DNA of 64,000 nt from an uncultured Verrucomicrobiae bacterium (GTDB taxonomy: Bacteria; Verrucomicrobiota; Verrucomicrobiia; Chthoniobacterales; JAATET01). Both the position numbers and the translations under genes were made by a program. Positions 61,907-64,000 of the stretch are shown here, in pieces. Where the stretch lies: positions 6,546-70,545 of the forward strand of contig CAWHTR010000003.1 of NCBI GenBank assembly GCA_963832325.1, given 5' to 3'. Within the stretch, counting starts at the first letter, position 1; every line of letters begins with the position of its first letter. The notes below the pieces were generated by a model. It saw only the letters and a program-made list of their open reading frames with translations, ran no database searches and was not told where the DNA came from.

Positions 61907-63540
61907 CTAGCCCATCTTCACGTCGAAGATACCGAAACTCACCGCCGGCATTTTCAGCACGAGGCGCCCGGCGTCTTTCTCGCAGACGATCCGACTATCT
62001 CCGGCCACCAGAGAGCCGATCTCGCCCACGGATTCTGCCGAGAAATCGGCCTCAACCTCGCGGTCGCTAGGGTTCACCGCCACGACCAGCGGCTCGTTTG
62101 ATTCCCCTCTCGCGTAGACAAACGGATACTCTCCCGCCTCGGCAGACAGCGGCACAAAGGCAGCCCGGGCACCGAGTGCTTCCCGGCTCTCGCGCAACGC
62201 GAGCATCTCTCGAACGAAATTCAGAATCGACCCATCCACTTCATCCTGCGCTTCGACCGTCGGTCGGTCGTCCGCCGGGTCGATCGGCAAATACAGCTCC
62301 CCGGCTGCAGCGGTCGAGAAACCCGCGTTCGCTTCGCTACTCCACTGCATCGGCGTTCGCGCACCCGTCCGCACGTAGGCCCCCTCCTTGGACGGCAGCC
62401 CATCCACGTTTCGCATCCCGATCTCATCGCCCTGATAATGAATGGTAATCCCGGCATCGTGAACAGGAACGCATAAGCCACCTTCAGCTCCTGATCGGTC
62501 CGCGAACCCCGGATTCGGGAGATGTCGTGATTACCCGTCGGCAGGCAAATTAAACCGACATCCTTCGTGGCTTCGTAGTGCTTTAAGTAGGTATCGAGAA
62601 ATTTTCGAATGTCACCCTCACCATCGCGATGGAAAAAACTTCGGCCGCTTCCTGACAGCCCGATTTTCTGATCGTTTGCCGTGTGGGCTCGGAAGAGTTC
62701 CGTGTAGGCGGGCGTGCCGAAATGAATCATGAAGTCGACGTGAAACCCGGCCCGGAGCGCCTCTTCCGGCATCGACCATTCCGCGATCAGCACTGCCTCC
62801 GGCCACTCCTCGTCAAACCACCCCCGCACGCCCCGCCAGAACGCGATGACCGCCTCCTTCGAGTCGTCCGCCTTGATCAGTGACGACGCCATGTCCACCC
62901 GGAACCCGTCCGCTCCGCGCTCCAGCCAATACGTCATGATGCCCCGTAGCTCCGCGTGCACCGCCCGCACGTCCGGATGATCAATCGGCAGCTGCCACGG
63001 GCAATCCGGGTCGGGATTCGCAAATCCGTAATTCAAGGCGGGCTGAAAGTGGAAAAAATTCGTGACGTAATTCCCGTCCCGCTGCGCAAACCCGTTCACT
63101 TGCTGCAGTGGCGGCTTGATCGTCTCCCACACGTGCGACGTCCAGATGTAATAATTCGAGTATTGGTTCGGCTCCGGTTCGCAAGACGCCCGGAACCACG
63201 GATGATCCACCGACGTGTGTCCTGCCACCAAGTCCAGCACCACCCGCATCCCCCGAGCGTGCGCCTGGCGAAAAAGCTCCTCCAGATCCGCGTTCGTCCC
63301 GTAGCGAGGAGCCACCTGCCGGAAATCCGCCACGTCGTAACCCGCGTCGCCAAACGGCGATACGAAGCACGGATTCAGCCAGATCGCGTTGCACCCGAGC
63401 GACTCGAGGTAATCCAGTTTCGCGATCACCCCCGGCAGATCCCCGATCCCGTCCCCGTTCGTGTCGTGGAAACTCTGCGGGTAGATTTCGTAAAAGGCCG
63501 CCCCGTCCAGCCAGCTCGGTTGTTGAAACGATGTCTTCAT
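61907..63540 (-). CDS. GH13 alpha-amylase-family glycosidase (apparent frameshift near 62438)
   Basis: YEIYPQSF.D.NGDGIGD, DLVAGHTS, GADGFRVD, AEW and GNHD; PFIYQGDEIG is restored by one base; RTPMQW in the second frame. Confidence 0.9.
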
Positions 63541-63567
63541 AAAATTCAGGGCAGACTTCAGATCCCC

Positions 63568-64000
63568 TCACTCGCCAGACGCCGGGACGAAAACGATCTC
63601 GCTCACGCTGTTCCAATCGTTCACCGAATTCCCGTGCCCGCGAAAGCGAAAATACCTCGCCTCCACCGGCGCATCGAACCTCGCGACCTCGACATCCTCG
63701 GTCTGACCCGACGTCCGCCGCCGATCCAGCACCATCGCCCAATTCTGCCCGTCGTCTGACGCCTCCAGCGAATACTCCGCCCGCCGCGCGTCCCCCTCCA
63801 TCATCGCCACCCCCAGGCCACTCACGCGCATCGGGTCCCCCAGATCGATCTCCAGCGAGACATCCCGGCCCTCCGCCGACCAACGCGTTTTGATCGCACC
63901 GTCAAACGCCCGCTCCGCCTCGTTTCCCTCCTGTGCCTCGCCCTTCACCCGCACCTCGCGCGGCGGCGGCACCTCCGTCAGCACCTCGGGGGGAGCCTCC
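63568..64000 (-). CDS. C-terminal discoidin/F5-8 type C (CBM32-like) domain of a gene starting beyond the window
   Basis: AFDG...TRWSA.G, IDLG, ARYFR..G.GN..N.WNSVSEI. Confidence 0.85.
   Translation of the reverse strand, partial: EAPPEVLTEVPPPREVRVKGEAQEGNEAERAFDGAIKTRWSAEGRDVSLEIDLGDPMRVSGLGVAMMEGDARRAEYSLEASDDGQNWAMVLDRRRTSGQTEDVEVARFDAPVEARYFRFRGHGNSVNDWNSVSEIVFVPASGE

Overview
GC-rich bacterial chromosome segment. A Verrucomicrobia/PVC origin is inferred from protein style. Several genes, including essential carB, carry single-base frameshifts, which suggests long-read indel errors. Layout: (1) 1-3.2 kb: czc/cusCBA-type heavy-metal efflux operon with a His/Cys-rich upstream ORF ending in HAPP. 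(2) ~3.3-21.6 kb: lower-GC island with an AAA ATPase, an IS256 relic split by a 138-bp MITE, two tyrosine recombinases plus a probable degenerate partner, an XRE-GNAT-ImmA/IrrE-Beta-sce7726 candidate defence module, an excisionase-like gene and an att-like end. (3) 21.7-28.6 kb: glucosylglycerate-type solute genes and carB. (4) 28.7-42.7 kb: defence/toxin-antitoxin hotspot with a Dsr1-like sirtuin split by IS1182, a TIR-flanked HUH (RAYT-like) transposase with several one-ended copies, five TA modules (three with broken toxins), an attC-like site, ISAs1, IS481 and IS5. (5) 42.7-64 kb: secreted proteins sharing a basic C-terminal domain, two homologous 21-bp-period arrays, an IetAS-like AAA/S8 pair and metabolic genes. 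No rRNA, complete tRNA or CRISPR array was seen. All family assignments are by eye from motifs; no searches were run.
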